From contig JBBRLJ010000001.1 of the NCBI GenBank assembly GCA_038231435.1, positions 192,001 to 256,000 of the forward strand: a DNA stretch of 64,000 bases, given 5' to 3'. Numbering within the stretch: the first letter of the stretch is position 1; each line of letters begins with the position of its first letter. Under the pieces are notes generated by a model. It did not search any database, was not told the DNA's origin, and saw only the letters and a list, made by a program, of their open reading frames with translations. The translations under genes were made by a program, and so were the position numbers. Origin of the DNA: Planctomycetota bacterium. GTDB lineage: Bacteria > Planctomycetota > UBA11346. This document shows, one piece after another, positions 19,410 to 29,437 of the stretch.

Positions 19410-20579
19410 ATGGCCGACGATTCCTCGACTTCTCGGCATGAGCACACCTGGGTAGATTCGCCGCGTCGGCTCAAGGACCTCGCTGCGGCGATGGCCGCCG
19501 CGCCGTGGATCGCGATCGATACCGAGGCGAACTCCATGTTCGTCTACCGCGAGCAGATGTGCCTGCTGCAGATCAATGCGGCCGGCGCGATGTTCGTGGT
19601 CGATACCCTCGCCCTGATGGCCGCCTCGCCCCAGGCAGGCGTGCCGAATCCAGCCCTGGCCGAGATCGCGGGCGAGCTCTCACGCGCCGACCGCCCCTGC
19701 TACGTACATGGCGGCGAATACGACGTCGGCATCTTCAAACGTGATTTCGGCATCTCCCTCGGCGGGGTCTGGGACAGCCAGCAGGCGGCGAGCCTGCTGG
19801 GATGGGAGAAGACCGGATATGGCGCCGCCGTCGAGCGCGTCTGTTCGGTGCTCCTCGACAAGGCCTATACGCAATACGATTGGGGCACCAGGCCCTTGGA
19901 CCCCAATGCGCTGCGCTACGCCGTCGACGACGTGGTGTACCTGCCGAAGGTCTGCGAGACCCTGCGCGCGGAGATCTCTGCCGCGGACCTCGACGAGGAA
20001 CTCGCCATCGCCAACCAGGCGGTGGCGTCGACCACCTGGACCGGTGGCTTCGATCCGGGCGGCTTCTGGCGCATCAAGGGCGTCCGCGAGCTGAAGCCGC
20101 ACGCACTGGGCATCCTGGCGGCATTGCACGCCTGGCGCGATGGCCTGGCCCGCATCCACAACAAGCCCCCGGGGCGGGTGGTGAACAACGAGAACATGCT
20201 GTCGATCGCTCGCAACGCACCGACGAACTTCCAACTGCTCAAGAAGGTCGGCGTGAAGGGTTGGCTGATGTCCGCGCACGGCGACGACCTGATCGCCACC
20301 ATCAAACGCGCGCAATCGGATCCGCAGCCACTGCCATCGCGTCCACGCGCTCGCGACGTGCTTCCGGAAGAGGAGGAGCGCGAGACCCGGCTGAAGGATT
20401 GGCGGCGCTCAGAGGCCGAACGCCGACAGGTGCCCTTGCAGGTGGTGCTGCCGGCCAAGGCGCTCGAGCATCTCAAGCAACACGGCGCTGGCGATCTCGG
20501 GGTCGTGCCGCAGCTCGGGCCGAAACGCATCCGGCTGTACGGCGACGATCTCAGGCGGCTGTGCTCGCTGGAGCCGTGA
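19410..20579 (+). CDS. rnd: Ribonuclease D (DEDDy exonuclease plus HRDC)
   Basis: IAIDTEANS, CLLQI, HGGEYD, WDSQ, DWGTRPL...YAVDDV, WRD..AR. Confidence 0.9.
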   Translation: MADDSSTSRHEHTWVDSPRRLKDLAAAMAAAPWIAIDTEANSMFVYREQMCLLQINAAGAMFVVDTLALMAASPQAGVPNPALAEIAGELSRADRPCYVHGGEYDVGIFKRDFGISLGGVWDSQQAASLLGWEKTGYGAAVERVCSVLLDKAYTQYDWGTRPLDPNALRYAVDDVVYLPKVCETLRAEISAADLDEELAIANQAVASTTWTGGFDPGGFWRIKGVRELKPHALGILAALHAWRDGLARIHNKPPGRVVNNENMLSIARNAPTNFQLLKKVGVKGWLMSAHGDDLIATIKRAQSDPQPLPSRPRARDVLPEEEERETRLKDWRRSEAERRQVPLQVVLPAKALEHLKQHGAGDLGVVPQLGPKRIRLYGDDLRRLCSLEP

Positions 20580-20612
20580 TCGGCTGAGCGGTCAGGGATC
20601 CTCAGCCGATCA
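20577..20612. terminator. 12-bp stem hairpin at the end of rnd
   Basis: TGATCGGCTGAG-N12-CTCAGCCGATCA; no U tract. Confidence 0.45.
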
Positions 20613-20658
20613 GCGCAGCTTCCGCATCCCGTCCTGTATCGGGAGCTTTCCCTGGAAT

Positions 20659-20674
20659 TGCAACGATGGTGCCA
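20659..20674 (-). promoter_or_regulatory. Sigma54 consensus element oriented antisense to rnd
   Basis: Minus strand TGGCACCATCGTTGCA. Confidence 0.5.
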
Positions 20675-20797
20675 TTACCATCCCTCGGTGCAGATCCGAG
20701 GAGCACGGCTTTTCCCGCCGCGAACGATCTCGGAGCCAAGCACCCCTACCGCCAGCACCCCGGCTACGGCAGGTCCAATCGCATTCAGGAGCCGCCC

Positions 20798-21667
20798 ATG
20801 CGCGCTGGAATCCGGATAGCTCTCGTGGCCTGCATCGGCGTCCTCGCCACGCGCAGCGCCTCTGCCGCCCTGGTCGATGTCGAGTTCGTGGAGATCCGCG
20901 ATACTCCGGTCGGGATCATGTTCAGCGATTGCCTGAAGGGAGAACCTCCGGCTGCTCCAGCGGACCCCGCCGCCGCGGCGACAGCCGATCCCGCCGTCAC
21001 CATGGGCCCGCCGGCCCCGACCGACGACGACGGGGTCAAGGATCTCAAACGAGTGCTCGTCGGTTGGGACGGCGTGCGTTCCCCGCCGGTCATCCGTTTC
21101 ATCGGCATGTCAGCCGACGATACCATCGCGCGCATCAGCAAGGGCCAACCGGGGATCCCCACCGCGCTCGGACCTTCGTGGCCGATGCCGAACCTCTCGG
21201 GCTTCGCCATCGTCAAGGTCGGCGAGAAGGAGCTGGTCGTCACCACTCCCGCCTCGTTCGAGCACCTCACGCTCGCCCCCTTGCCCGAGGCGGCCGGGCA
21301 CGCGCTCGACTTCAAGGCGCCATCGACCGATCTCAAGCTCGGCGACCTGCAGGACAAGATCTCGGACTTCCACCTCACTTACGACAAGGAAGGCAGCACC
21401 CTGCTCCAGGTGAACACGCCCAACGAACGCGACGCGAAATCCGTCGACCGCTACATCTGGTGGCGCAAGCCGGTGGTGTTCGCGGGGGCCGACGTCGGCG
21501 TGAAGAAGCTGAAATTCCCCGCCAAGCTGTTCGACCAGACCGAGATCACGCGCAAGCGCAACGTGCTGACCGCGAAGACCACGCTCAAGGACGAGATGCG
21601 CGACCAGGCGTTCATCTATCTGGCCGACGCCATCAAGCGTGAACTACGGCGATATCAGGCCAAGTGA
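20798..21667 (+). CDS. Exported hypothetical protein
   Basis: AGGAG RBS, signal peptide ending ASA-A, strong GC3 bias. Confidence 0.8.
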   Translation: MRAGIRIALVACIGVLATRSASAALVDVEFVEIRDTPVGIMFSDCLKGEPPAAPADPAAAATADPAVTMGPPAPTDDDGVKDLKRVLVGWDGVRSPPVIRFIGMSADDTIARISKGQPGIPTALGPSWPMPNLSGFAIVKVGEKELVVTTPASFEHLTLAPLPEAAGHALDFKAPSTDLKLGDLQDKISDFHLTYDKEGSTLLQVNTPNERDAKSVDRYIWWRKPVVFAGADVGVKKLKFPAKLFDQTEITRKRNVLTAKTTLKDEMRDQAFIYLADAIKRELRRYQAK

Positions 21668-21682
21668 ACGGGCGCGAGCGGC

Positions 21683-21709
21683 GATGGGTGATGGGTGATG
21701 GGTGATGGG
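21683..21709. repeat. Heptamer tandem repeat (GATGGGT)x~4 between convergent genes
   Basis: gatgggtgatgggtgatgggtgatggg. Confidence 0.75.
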
Positions 21710-21733
21710 CGCTGTCAAGTCGCGCCAGCGCGT

Positions 21734-22651
21734 TCAACGTGAACGCGTTCCCCGGCGCGTCTCGCGGGCGACCTGGCTCGATCCAGCGGTGTGCCGCCGG
21801 GTACGCCGCGTACGTGGCGTGATGAACTCTTCGACGTGAGCCATGACGCCAATCAGAGCTCTGGCATCCGTCGGTCGCGACATCGGACTCTTGGCCAGGC
21901 ACGCATCTATGATCTGCGCCAACGCCACCGGCGCCTGGGGCATGCGCTCGCGTAACGCCGGCGGTTTCCGCTGGGCATGGGCAGCCAAGCGCTCCGTGCG
22001 GTGGCCCTCGAAGGGCAGCGACCCGGTCAGCACCACGAAGGCGCAGACCCCCAGGGCATAGACATCGCTCGCGAAGGATGGGTGGTGACCGGTGATCAGC
22101 TCAGGGGCCAGATAGGCGGCGGTGCCAAACAACGATTTCGGCTTAGAGAAGAAACGGATGAAGATGCTGGTCTTCACCGGTTCGCGCGCATTGCCAAAAT
22201 CCACCAGCGAGATCTTGCCGTCGGGGCCGACGATGACGTTCTCGGGCTTGAGATCATTGTGCACGATGCCGTGCTCGTGCAGATGGGCCGCAATCCCGAC
22301 CAGTCCGATGAGCGCGCGCGCCCCCACGCGGCTCGGGGCTTCTGCGAGGACCGAGGCCAGCGTCCGTCCGGGAATGAAATCCATCAGCAGAGCGGAGCGT
22401 CCCGACACTTCACCGAAGCGACGCGCTTTGGGAATGCCAGGATGCGACAGTGCCGAGAGCACCTCGAATTCCTTCGCCAGCGCCTGGACCTGGCGCTTCT
22501 CCAACTGCCGTTCGGGCAGCAGCACCTTGAGAGCGGCCTGGGAGCGGCTGTCGTCGACATGCTCGACGCGGTAGACCTCGGCGGCTCCGCCGGCGCCGAC
22601 GAGCTCACGCACCACGTGACTGCCGAAATGCTGGTTGATGAGTCCACTCAC
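21734..22651 (-). CDS. Ser/Thr protein kinase, non-RD (HND)
   Basis: GAGGAAEVY, ALK, HNDLKPEN, DFG, GTAAYLAPE; GTG start inferred. Confidence 0.9.
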   Translation of the reverse strand: MSGLINQHFGSHVVRELVGAGGAAEVYRVEHVDDSRSQAALKVLLPERQLEKRQVQALAKEFEVLSALSHPGIPKARRFGEVSGRSALLMDFIPGRTLASVLAEAPSRVGARALIGLVGIAAHLHEHGIVHNDLKPENVIVGPDGKISLVDFGNAREPVKTSIFIRFFSKPKSLFGTAAYLAPELITGHHPSFASDVYALGVCAFVVLTGSLPFEGHRTERLAAHAQRKPPALRERMPQAPVALAQIIDACLAKSPMSRPTDARALIGVMAHVEEFITPRTRRTRRHTAGSSQVARETRRGTRSR

Positions 22652-22709
22652 GTCGCACGAGACTAGCGGCCCGGGCCCCCGCACGCAAACCCTCGCTGGG
22701 AACCAAGCC

Positions 22710-23603
22710 TCAGGGAAGCGTGATCGCGCGGAATACGCCAGTCTCGGTGAGCGACGCGGGTAGATCGCGGATCGCCGCATGGAGTTCGCGCGCGTCAGCG
22801 GGCCGCGATACCGCCTCCTTTGCCAGGCAGGCGTCGATCACCTTGCCCATCGCCTGGGGGATCTGCGGGAGGCGATCACGGATGCTCGGGGGCGCCTGGG
22901 TGGCGTTGGCGCGCAGGCGGCCCGACTGGCGGGACTCGTCGAAGGGCGGCTTGCCGGTGAGCAGCATGAAGGCGCAGACGCCGATCGCGTAGACGTCGGT
23001 GGACAGGGTCGGGCGCTTGCCGGCGATCAGTTCAGGAGCGAGATAGGTCGCGGTACCGAAGATCTGCGCTGGCTTGCGGGTGAAGAAGCGGGTGATGACG
23101 TTGTCAGCCTGGACTTCCTTCACGCTGCCGAAATCCACCAGCGATACCTTGGCATCGGGCCGGAGGATGGCGTTCTCGAGCTTGATGTCGTTGTGGATCA
23201 GATGGCGATCGTGCAGGTACGACATGATCGAGGTGAGTCCGAGCAGCGAGGCGACGCCGGGGATCGGCCTTTTCTTGGTCTGCAGCGCTGCGAGCGTCTC
23301 GCCGGGGACGAAATCCATGATGAAGCATGGACGTCCGGATATCTCGCCGGTGCGTCTCGCGATCGGAATTCCCGGATGTTTCAGCTTCTGCAGCACCAGG
23401 AATTCGTCCTGGAAGGCCTTCAGCTTGTCCTTCTCTGCCTGGCGCTCGGGGCGGATGACCTTCAGCGCGTAGGAGCGCTGGTCGTCGCGGTGCTCGACCC
23501 GGAAGACCTCGGCGATGCCGCCTGCGCCGATCGCCTCGCGAACCACGAAAGGACCGACGGTGGCGTTGATGAGCGATGGTCCATTCATCAGCGAGGTGGT
23601 CAT
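22710..23603 (-). CDS. Ser/Thr protein kinase, non-RD (HND), paralog of the neighbouring kinase
   Basis: GAGGIAEVF, ALK, HNDIKLEN, DFG, GTATYLAPE. Confidence 0.92.
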   Translation of the reverse strand: MTTSLMNGPSLINATVGPFVVREAIGAGGIAEVFRVEHRDDQRSYALKVIRPERQAEKDKLKAFQDEFLVLQKLKHPGIPIARRTGEISGRPCFIMDFVPGETLAALQTKKRPIPGVASLLGLTSIMSYLHDRHLIHNDIKLENAILRPDAKVSLVDFGSVKEVQADNVITRFFTRKPAQIFGTATYLAPELIAGKRPTLSTDVYAIGVCAFMLLTGKPPFDESRQSGRLRANATQAPPSIRDRLPQIPQAMGKVIDACLAKEAVSRPADARELHAAIRDLPASLTETGVFRAITLP

Positions 23604-23771
23604 GGTGCCAGGGTGTGAACGGGTATCAACGTAGCACCCGCGAGAAGGTTCAGTCCTTCTCCAAGCCCTGTGGAGGCAGCCTCCTGATCGCTGAGCGCGG
23701 AGAAGGCCGGGTACGGAGATCAAGACGCTCGCTCCCGACGCGACCGGACCCGGCTCTTCAGACCTGCGGGA

Positions 23772-24719
23772 TCAGACCGGATTGGGGACGAACGACCCGC
23801 CACGGCAGCGCTTCAGATACTCAAGCGCGTGCACCTGGCCGGTCATTTCGAGTTCATCCCGGTAGATCGGATCGTGCCAGCCCTCGATGTCGATCGATCC
23901 CGAGAACCCTCCGCGGCGGAGGTCGCTGATGATGTCGGTCCAATTGCTGTCGCCGAATCCAGGAGTGCGGTGGAACACGTACGGCTTGCTGCCACGGATG
24001 CCGTAGGTGCGGACCACGTCCCAGTGCACCGTCGCGTCCTTGCCATGGACATGGAAGATGCGCTTAACGTACTTGCGCAGCTGCGGCATCGGATCGATCA
24101 GGCTCACCATCTGGTGGCATGGTTCCCATTCGAGTCCGATGTTGTCATACGGGATCGCGTCGAACATCATGTCCCAGGATTCCGGGGTGTGCGCCAGGTT
24201 CCAATCGCCCCCGCCCCAGGTGCCACCCATGTCGCAGTTCTCGAACGCCAGGCGGACGCCGTTGTCCTTCGCCTGCTTGGCCAATGGCGTGAACACCTTC
24301 TTGAATGCCGGGATGGACTTGTCGATCGGCTGGTCCAGGAGCCGTCCAGCGAAGCCGTCGACGATGTCGCAGCCGAACAGCGGCGCGGCCTCGATGCAGC
24401 GGCGCCAGCCCTCGACGGTCTCCTTGTCCTTGTCACGCGTTTCCAACGGATTGCCGAAGATCCCGAGCGTCGAGACCACGGCATTGGTGCCCTTGAGCAC
24501 CGCCGCCACCTCCTTGGCGATCTGCTTCAGGTCGAGGCCCTCGGTGGTCTGCCAGAAGGTGATGCTGAAGCTCTCGAAGCCGTGGGCCAGGATCTGCTCG
24601 ATGTAGCGCGCGGTCTTGGCGTTGCCCGGTACCAGCGTGCCGATGCGCACGTTCTCCTTGTACGCCTTCTTCTCGGGAGCGGCGGTCTTGGTGTCGGTGG
24701 TCAGCGTCGATTCGGCCAT
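23772..24719 (-). CDS. Sugar phosphate isomerase/epimerase (TIM barrel)
   Basis: FENC, LEWEPCH, HVHGKD, PGFGD..W, IDIEG. Confidence 0.9.
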   Translation of the reverse strand: MAESTLTTDTKTAAPEKKAYKENVRIGTLVPGNAKTARYIEQILAHGFESFSITFWQTTEGLDLKQIAKEVAAVLKGTNAVVSTLGIFGNPLETRDKDKETVEGWRRCIEAAPLFGCDIVDGFAGRLLDQPIDKSIPAFKKVFTPLAKQAKDNGVRLAFENCDMGGTWGGGDWNLAHTPESWDMMFDAIPYDNIGLEWEPCHQMVSLIDPMPQLRKYVKRIFHVHGKDATVHWDVVRTYGIRGSKPYVFHRTPGFGDSNWTDIISDLRRGGFSGSIDIEGWHDPIYRDELEMTGQVHALEYLKRCRGGSFVPNPV

Positions 24720-24773
24720 GGGAGGCTCCTGATCAGGGGTCGGAATTGGAGTGAGAGGCGGACGCGATGCGTC

Positions 24774-25811
24774 CTACCAGGTGATTTTCACGCGCTTGCC
24801 AGAGCGCGCCGAGCGCATCGCGGCGAACACCATGGCGAGGCTCTTGATGTTGTCGTGGACCTCGCACTGCGGCTTGGTTCCGGACTCGAGCGCATCGAGG
24901 AATTCGTTCAGCGAGCCGTTGATGCCGTCGCCATTGGGCGAGACCTTGGCGACCGTGATGTCCTCGAGCTCGCTGTGGAAGCCGGGCTTGCCGCCCGGCT
25001 TGACGCGCTGGCCGCGCGGGAACTGGTCCTGCTCGAGTAGCATGGTGCCCTGGTTGCCTACCACGCGCCAATTGCCGTTCCACGAGGTGTGCAGGCCTTC
25101 GGCGCACCACGACCCGCGGTAGGTGAACACGATGCCGTCGCTCATCTCGAAGACGCAGGTCGCGGCGACGTCGCCTTTGTACCATGAGCCTTTCGGATTG
25201 AATTCCTTCGCGTAGACGGCCACCGGATCGGCGTCGACGAACAGCCGGCACATGTCGAAATGGTGGATGGCCATGTCGAGGATCAGCGGCGACTCCATGT
25301 CGTCGCGGAATCCGCCAAAATGCGCGCCGATGTAGAAATCGCAATTCAACGTGGTGACATGCCCGATGGCTCCCGAGCGCAGGGCGCGCGCGAACGACAG
25401 GTGATTGGTGTCGTAGCGCCGCGACTGGCTGACCATGTACAGCTTGCGTGACTTCTCGGACGCCTTGAGCATCTTGGATGCGTGGGCCATGCTGTCGGCG
25501 AGCGGCTTCTCGCCGATGACCGGCACGCCCTTCTTCAGCGCCGCGACGGTGGTCGGGCAGTGCGCCTCGGGAATGGTGATGTCGGCGACGAAGTCGGGCT
25601 GGCAAACTTTGATCGCCTTCTTGATGTTGGTGAAGGCGCGGTCCTCGGGCAGGCCGAATTCCTTCGCCGCCGCCAAAGCTGCCTCTTTGCGGATGTCGAC
25701 GACGCCGACGAGCTCGGTACGGGGATTGCCACGGATGTTGCCCATCCAGCCCTTGCCCATGCCTCCGCAGCCCACCACCAGCGCCTTCTTCTTCGTCGTC
25801 ATGGATGTCAT
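24774..25811 (-). CDS. Gfo/Idh/MocA family oxidoreductase
   Basis: GCGGMG, EKPLA, SQSRRY, DMAIHHFD. Confidence 0.92.
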   Translation of the reverse strand: MTSMTTKKKALVVGCGGMGKGWMGNIRGNPRTELVGVVDIRKEAALAAAKEFGLPEDRAFTNIKKAIKVCQPDFVADITIPEAHCPTTVAALKKGVPVIGEKPLADSMAHASKMLKASEKSRKLYMVSQSRRYDTNHLSFARALRSGAIGHVTTLNCDFYIGAHFGGFRDDMESPLILDMAIHHFDMCRLFVDADPVAVYAKEFNPKGSWYKGDVAATCVFEMSDGIVFTYRGSWCAEGLHTSWNGNWRVVGNQGTMLLEQDQFPRGQRVKPGGKPGFHSELEDITVAKVSPNGDGINGSLNEFLDALESGTKPQCEVHDNIKSLAMVFAAMRSARSGKRVKITW

Positions 25812-25832
25812 TGAATCCTCTATTTTACCGTG

Positions 25833-25848
25833 ATGGAAGCGCTTTCAT
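25833..25848. promoter_or_regulatory. LacI-family operator
   Basis: ATGGAAGCGCTTTCAT fits TGNAANCGNTTNCA, just upstream of the sugar catabolic pair. Confidence 0.7.
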
Positions 25849-26015
25849 AACCATCTCGGCGGCCGTGGCAAGAGGATCGATCGAGCCTGGACGGAGCGGC
25901 CGCTGGATGCCCATCCACCCACTGGACTTCCATCCTCGCATGCCGTCCGCATGGCGTCCACATGGCGTCCACAGCGAATGGGCGGCCGGACGGGCGCGCA
26001 GAAGCAGCTCGGGGC

Positions 26016-27251
26016 TCACGCCTTTCCAGCGAGCCGCTCCCACGCGAGCTGCAGTGCGTAGGTGGCACCGCGGCGCTGCACGCGCTCACGGTTGCCGACG
26101 ATCACATGCCGGCGCGCCACGCTACCCCGCGCATCGGCGACCGCGACCCACACCGTCCCCACCGGGTCCGTGGCGGTGCCCCCATCGGGACCAGCGATGC
26201 CAGTGGTGGCGACGGCGAGGTCGGCCTCGGTGCGATGGCGGGCTCCTTCCGCCATCGCTCGCGCGCACGCCTCGCTCACCGCTCCCTCGCGCGCGAGGAG
26301 CTCCGCTGAAACGCCAAGACGCGCGCGCTTGACGTCCTCGTGGTAGGCGACGATGGATTCGCGCAGCACGCGCGAGGCTCCAGGCACGGAGCCGATCAGC
26401 GCAGCCACATGGCCGCAGGTGCAGCTCTCGGCGGCGCTCACGGTGCGCTTCAGGCGCGCGAGTTCCGCGACCAGACTGGGGGCCAGGCCCGCGGCCGGCA
26501 GCGCATGCGCGGATAGCAGCCGCGCGAGCTGCCGGTGCCGCGCCTCGACTTGGCGCTCCAGGCCCACGATGCGCAGGGTGATGTGTCCGAGCTCGCTGAC
26601 GGTGATGCCCACCTGCGGATCGCATTCGCTCAGCAGATCGCCGATCATCCCCTGGGCGGTCGATTCGCCGATGCCGGCGAACCAGATCTCGGCGATGGCC
26701 GGTGGCGCGAGCGCGGGGAATAGCTTCGGCACGCGTGGCGTGAACTCCTCGAGCATGCGCATCATCTCGTGCGGCACGCCGGGCAGGCAGGCGATGGCGC
26801 AGCCATGCGCGCGGGCGAGCATGCCCGGAGCGGTGCCGCGATGATTGACGATCGGGCGCGCGCCCGCCGGCAACAGGGCCTGCCGGCGGTTGCTCTCGGG
26901 GATCGGCCCGCGCCGTGAACGCTCGAACCATGCGCGGATGCGCTTCCACGACGGCTGGTGCTCGACCAGCTCGGATCCCAGGAACTCCGCCAGCGCATGG
27001 CGGGTGCGATCGTCGTCGGTGGGTCCCAGCCCGCCGGTGCAGACGATCAGCGACGCCCCGCCCTCTCCGGGGCCGCCGGCCACGGCGCGGCGCAAGGCGC
27101 CGACGATCTCGGCCTGGCCGTCGCCCACCGCCTGGCATAGATCCACGGCGAAGCCGCGGTCGGTCATCCATCTGGCGATCCAGGTGGCGTTGGTGTCTAC
27201 CGTCCGCCCCAGGACCAGCTCATCGCCGATCGAGACGATCCGCGCCACCAT
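26016..27251 (-). CDS. cinA: CinA family protein (MocF-like domain plus PncC NMN deamidase)
   Basis: IGDELVLG...DTN, TGGLGPTDDDRT, GTAPG, LPGVP.EM, AESCTCG, GAVS, TGIAGP. Confidence 0.93.
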   Translation of the reverse strand: MVARIVSIGDELVLGRTVDTNATWIARWMTDRGFAVDLCQAVGDGQAEIVGALRRAVAGGPGEGGASLIVCTGGLGPTDDDRTRHALAEFLGSELVEHQPSWKRIRAWFERSRRGPIPESNRRQALLPAGARPIVNHRGTAPGMLARAHGCAIACLPGVPHEMMRMLEEFTPRVPKLFPALAPPAIAEIWFAGIGESTAQGMIGDLLSECDPQVGITVSELGHITLRIVGLERQVEARHRQLARLLSAHALPAAGLAPSLVAELARLKRTVSAAESCTCGHVAALIGSVPGASRVLRESIVAYHEDVKRARLGVSAELLAREGAVSEACARAMAEGARHRTEADLAVATTGIAGPDGGTATDPVGTVWVAVADARGSVARRHVIVGNRERVQRRGATYALQLAWERLAGKA

Positions 27252-27303
27252 CCTGGCCGGGATGCGCGTCGGCAGCTTGCGTGGGCGCGCGCTCCCCGCG
27301 CGC

Positions 27304-29268
27304 CTAGATCTCGACATGCATGCCCAGCTCGACGACGCGATTGGGAGGCAGCGAGAAGAACGCCGAGGCGTTCAGCGAGTTGCGCGACATCCACGCGAAC
27401 AGTCGGCGGCGCCAGGCCGGCCAGCCGCTCGCGCGCGAGAGCAGGATGGTCTCGCGACCGAGGAAGTAGCTGGTGTCGAGCAGCTTGCAGGTGAACCCCG
27501 GCTGCACGTCCGCGAGCACCGCGGGGATGTTCGGATCCTCCTTGAAGCCGAAATGCACGGTCAGGCTGTAGAAGCCATGGCTGCGCTCGGTCAGCTCGCA
27601 GCGATCGTCCTCGGCCACGTACGGGATCGATTCGGTGCGCACCGTCAGGATGATGACGCGCTGGTGCAGCACCTTGTTGTGCTTGAGATTGTGCAAGAGC
27701 GATCCCGGCGTCGAAGCCGGGTTACCGGCCATGAACACCGCGGTTCCCGGCACGCGGATGGGCTTGTTGCGATCGAGTTCTCCCAGGAAGCGCTCCAGCG
27801 GCAGCGCGGTCTCCTTGAGGCGCTGGCCCAACCAGCTGCGGCCCGATTTCCAGGTGATCATCACCGTGAAGATGAGCGCGCTGGTGAGCAGCGGGAACCA
27901 GCCGCCATGGAGGATCTTGAGCAGGTTCGCGCCGATGAACGCCATGTCGATGATCACGAACATGCCCGCCACCGACGCGGCGATCGGGGCCGGCCATCCC
28001 CAGACGTTCCTGGCGGCGAAGAAGAACAGCAGGCTGGTGACCAGCATGGTCATCGAGATCGAGACGCCGTAGGCGGCGGCGAGATGCGTGGCCGATCCGA
28101 AAGCCAGCACCAGACCGACGCACGCCAGCATCAGGGTCCAATTGACCGCAGGCACGTAGATCTGGCCGATCGCTTTCGCCGAGGTGTGCTGGACGGCGAG
28201 CCGCGGGAAGTATCCGGCCTGCATCACCTGGGCGGTGACTGAGAAGGTCCCCGAGATCAGCGCTTGCGAGGCGATCACCGCCGCGACCGTCGACAGAGCC
28301 ACCAATGGCAACTGCCCCCATGCCGGCGCGAGCTGGAAGTACGCGTGCTCGACGGTCGGCTCGCGTAGCAGCAAGCTGCCCTGGCCGTAATAGTTCAGGA
28401 GCAGGGCCGGCAGCACGACGATGAACCAGGCCAGACGGATGGGCCGCCGGCCCAGGTGGCCGAGGTCGGCGTACAGCGATTCGCAGCCGGTGACCACCAG
28501 GAACACCGCACCCAACACCAGGTAGCCGCGCCCGCCGTTGTCGGCGAAGAATCTCACCGCGTGGCGCGGATCGATGGCCAGGAGTACGCTGGGGTCCTGC
28601 ATGATGCTGTGCAGGCCGAGCGCGGCGATGGTCGAGAAGTACAGCACCATGATCGGGCCGAACACGGCTCCGACGCTCGCCGTCCCATGACGCTGGAAGA
28701 AGAACAGCAGCACGATGATCCCGACGGTGATCGGCAGCACGAAGGGCGACATCGCGTGGGACACGACGGTGATACCTTCGATGGCGCTGAGCACCGAGAT
28801 GGCCGGCGTGATGATGCCATCGCTGTAGAGGAACGCGGCTCCGATCAGCCCAATGATGGTGAGCGCATGCGCGGTGCGCGGTGCGCGGCCCTTGGTGACC
28901 AGCGCGCTGAGGGACATCACCCCCCCCTCACCACGGTTGTCGGCGCGCAGCACGAAACCCAGGTACTTCACCGACACCGCGACGATCAGCGACCAGGTGA
29001 TCAACGACAACACGCCCAGCACGTTCGCCGCACTGGCCGCCGGAACCGCATTCTCGCCGTTGAAGCACTCGGCGATCGCATAAAGAGGGCTGGTGCCGAT
29101 GTCGCCGTAGGCGATGCCCAGGGCCAGCAGCGACAGCATGCACAGGTTGCGTCCGGTGGGCTGGACGGTCGGCAGGCGATCGGAGCGGCGGCCCGACAGC
29201 GCACCGGGTAGGCGGCCGGATGACGGGGCGGACGGGGATGGAGCGGGAATGTGGCTGGGATCGTTCAT
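27304..29268 (-). CDS. kup: KUP/HAK potassium transporter
   Basis: YGDIGTSPLY, ADNRGEGG, TPAISVLSAIEG, ESLYADLGH, HNLKHNKVLH. Confidence 0.97.
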   Translation of the reverse strand: MNDPSHIPAPSPSAPSSGRLPGALSGRRSDRLPTVQPTGRNLCMLSLLALGIAYGDIGTSPLYAIAECFNGENAVPAASAANVLGVLSLITWSLIVAVSVKYLGFVLRADNRGEGGVMSLSALVTKGRAPRTAHALTIIGLIGAAFLYSDGIITPAISVLSAIEGITVVSHAMSPFVLPITVGIIVLLFFFQRHGTASVGAVFGPIMVLYFSTIAALGLHSIMQDPSVLLAIDPRHAVRFFADNGGRGYLVLGAVFLVVTGCESLYADLGHLGRRPIRLAWFIVVLPALLLNYYGQGSLLLREPTVEHAYFQLAPAWGQLPLVALSTVAAVIASQALISGTFSVTAQVMQAGYFPRLAVQHTSAKAIGQIYVPAVNWTLMLACVGLVLAFGSATHLAAAYGVSISMTMLVTSLLFFFAARNVWGWPAPIAASVAGMFVIIDMAFIGANLLKILHGGWFPLLTSALIFTVMITWKSGRSWLGQRLKETALPLERFLGELDRNKPIRVPGTAVFMAGNPASTPGSLLHNLKHNKVLHQRVIILTVRTESIPYVAEDDRCELTERSHGFYSLTVHFGFKEDPNIPAVLADVQPGFTCKLLDTSYFLGRETILLSRASGWPAWRRRLFAWMSRNSLNASAFFSLPPNRVVELGMHVEI

Positions 29269-29437
29269 CGAGCGAAGATCGCGAATATAGGCTGTCCTGT
29301 GCACACGCCACTAGCTGCGCTTCCGGGGCTTGACTGCGGCCTCTCGCGCGACATCAGGCCCGCAGTCGCGTGCCCGGGCCGCGAGCGAGTCCCCATCCGG
29401 GGTTGCGCCGATGCCTGGCGCTCCACACTCTGCCGCC

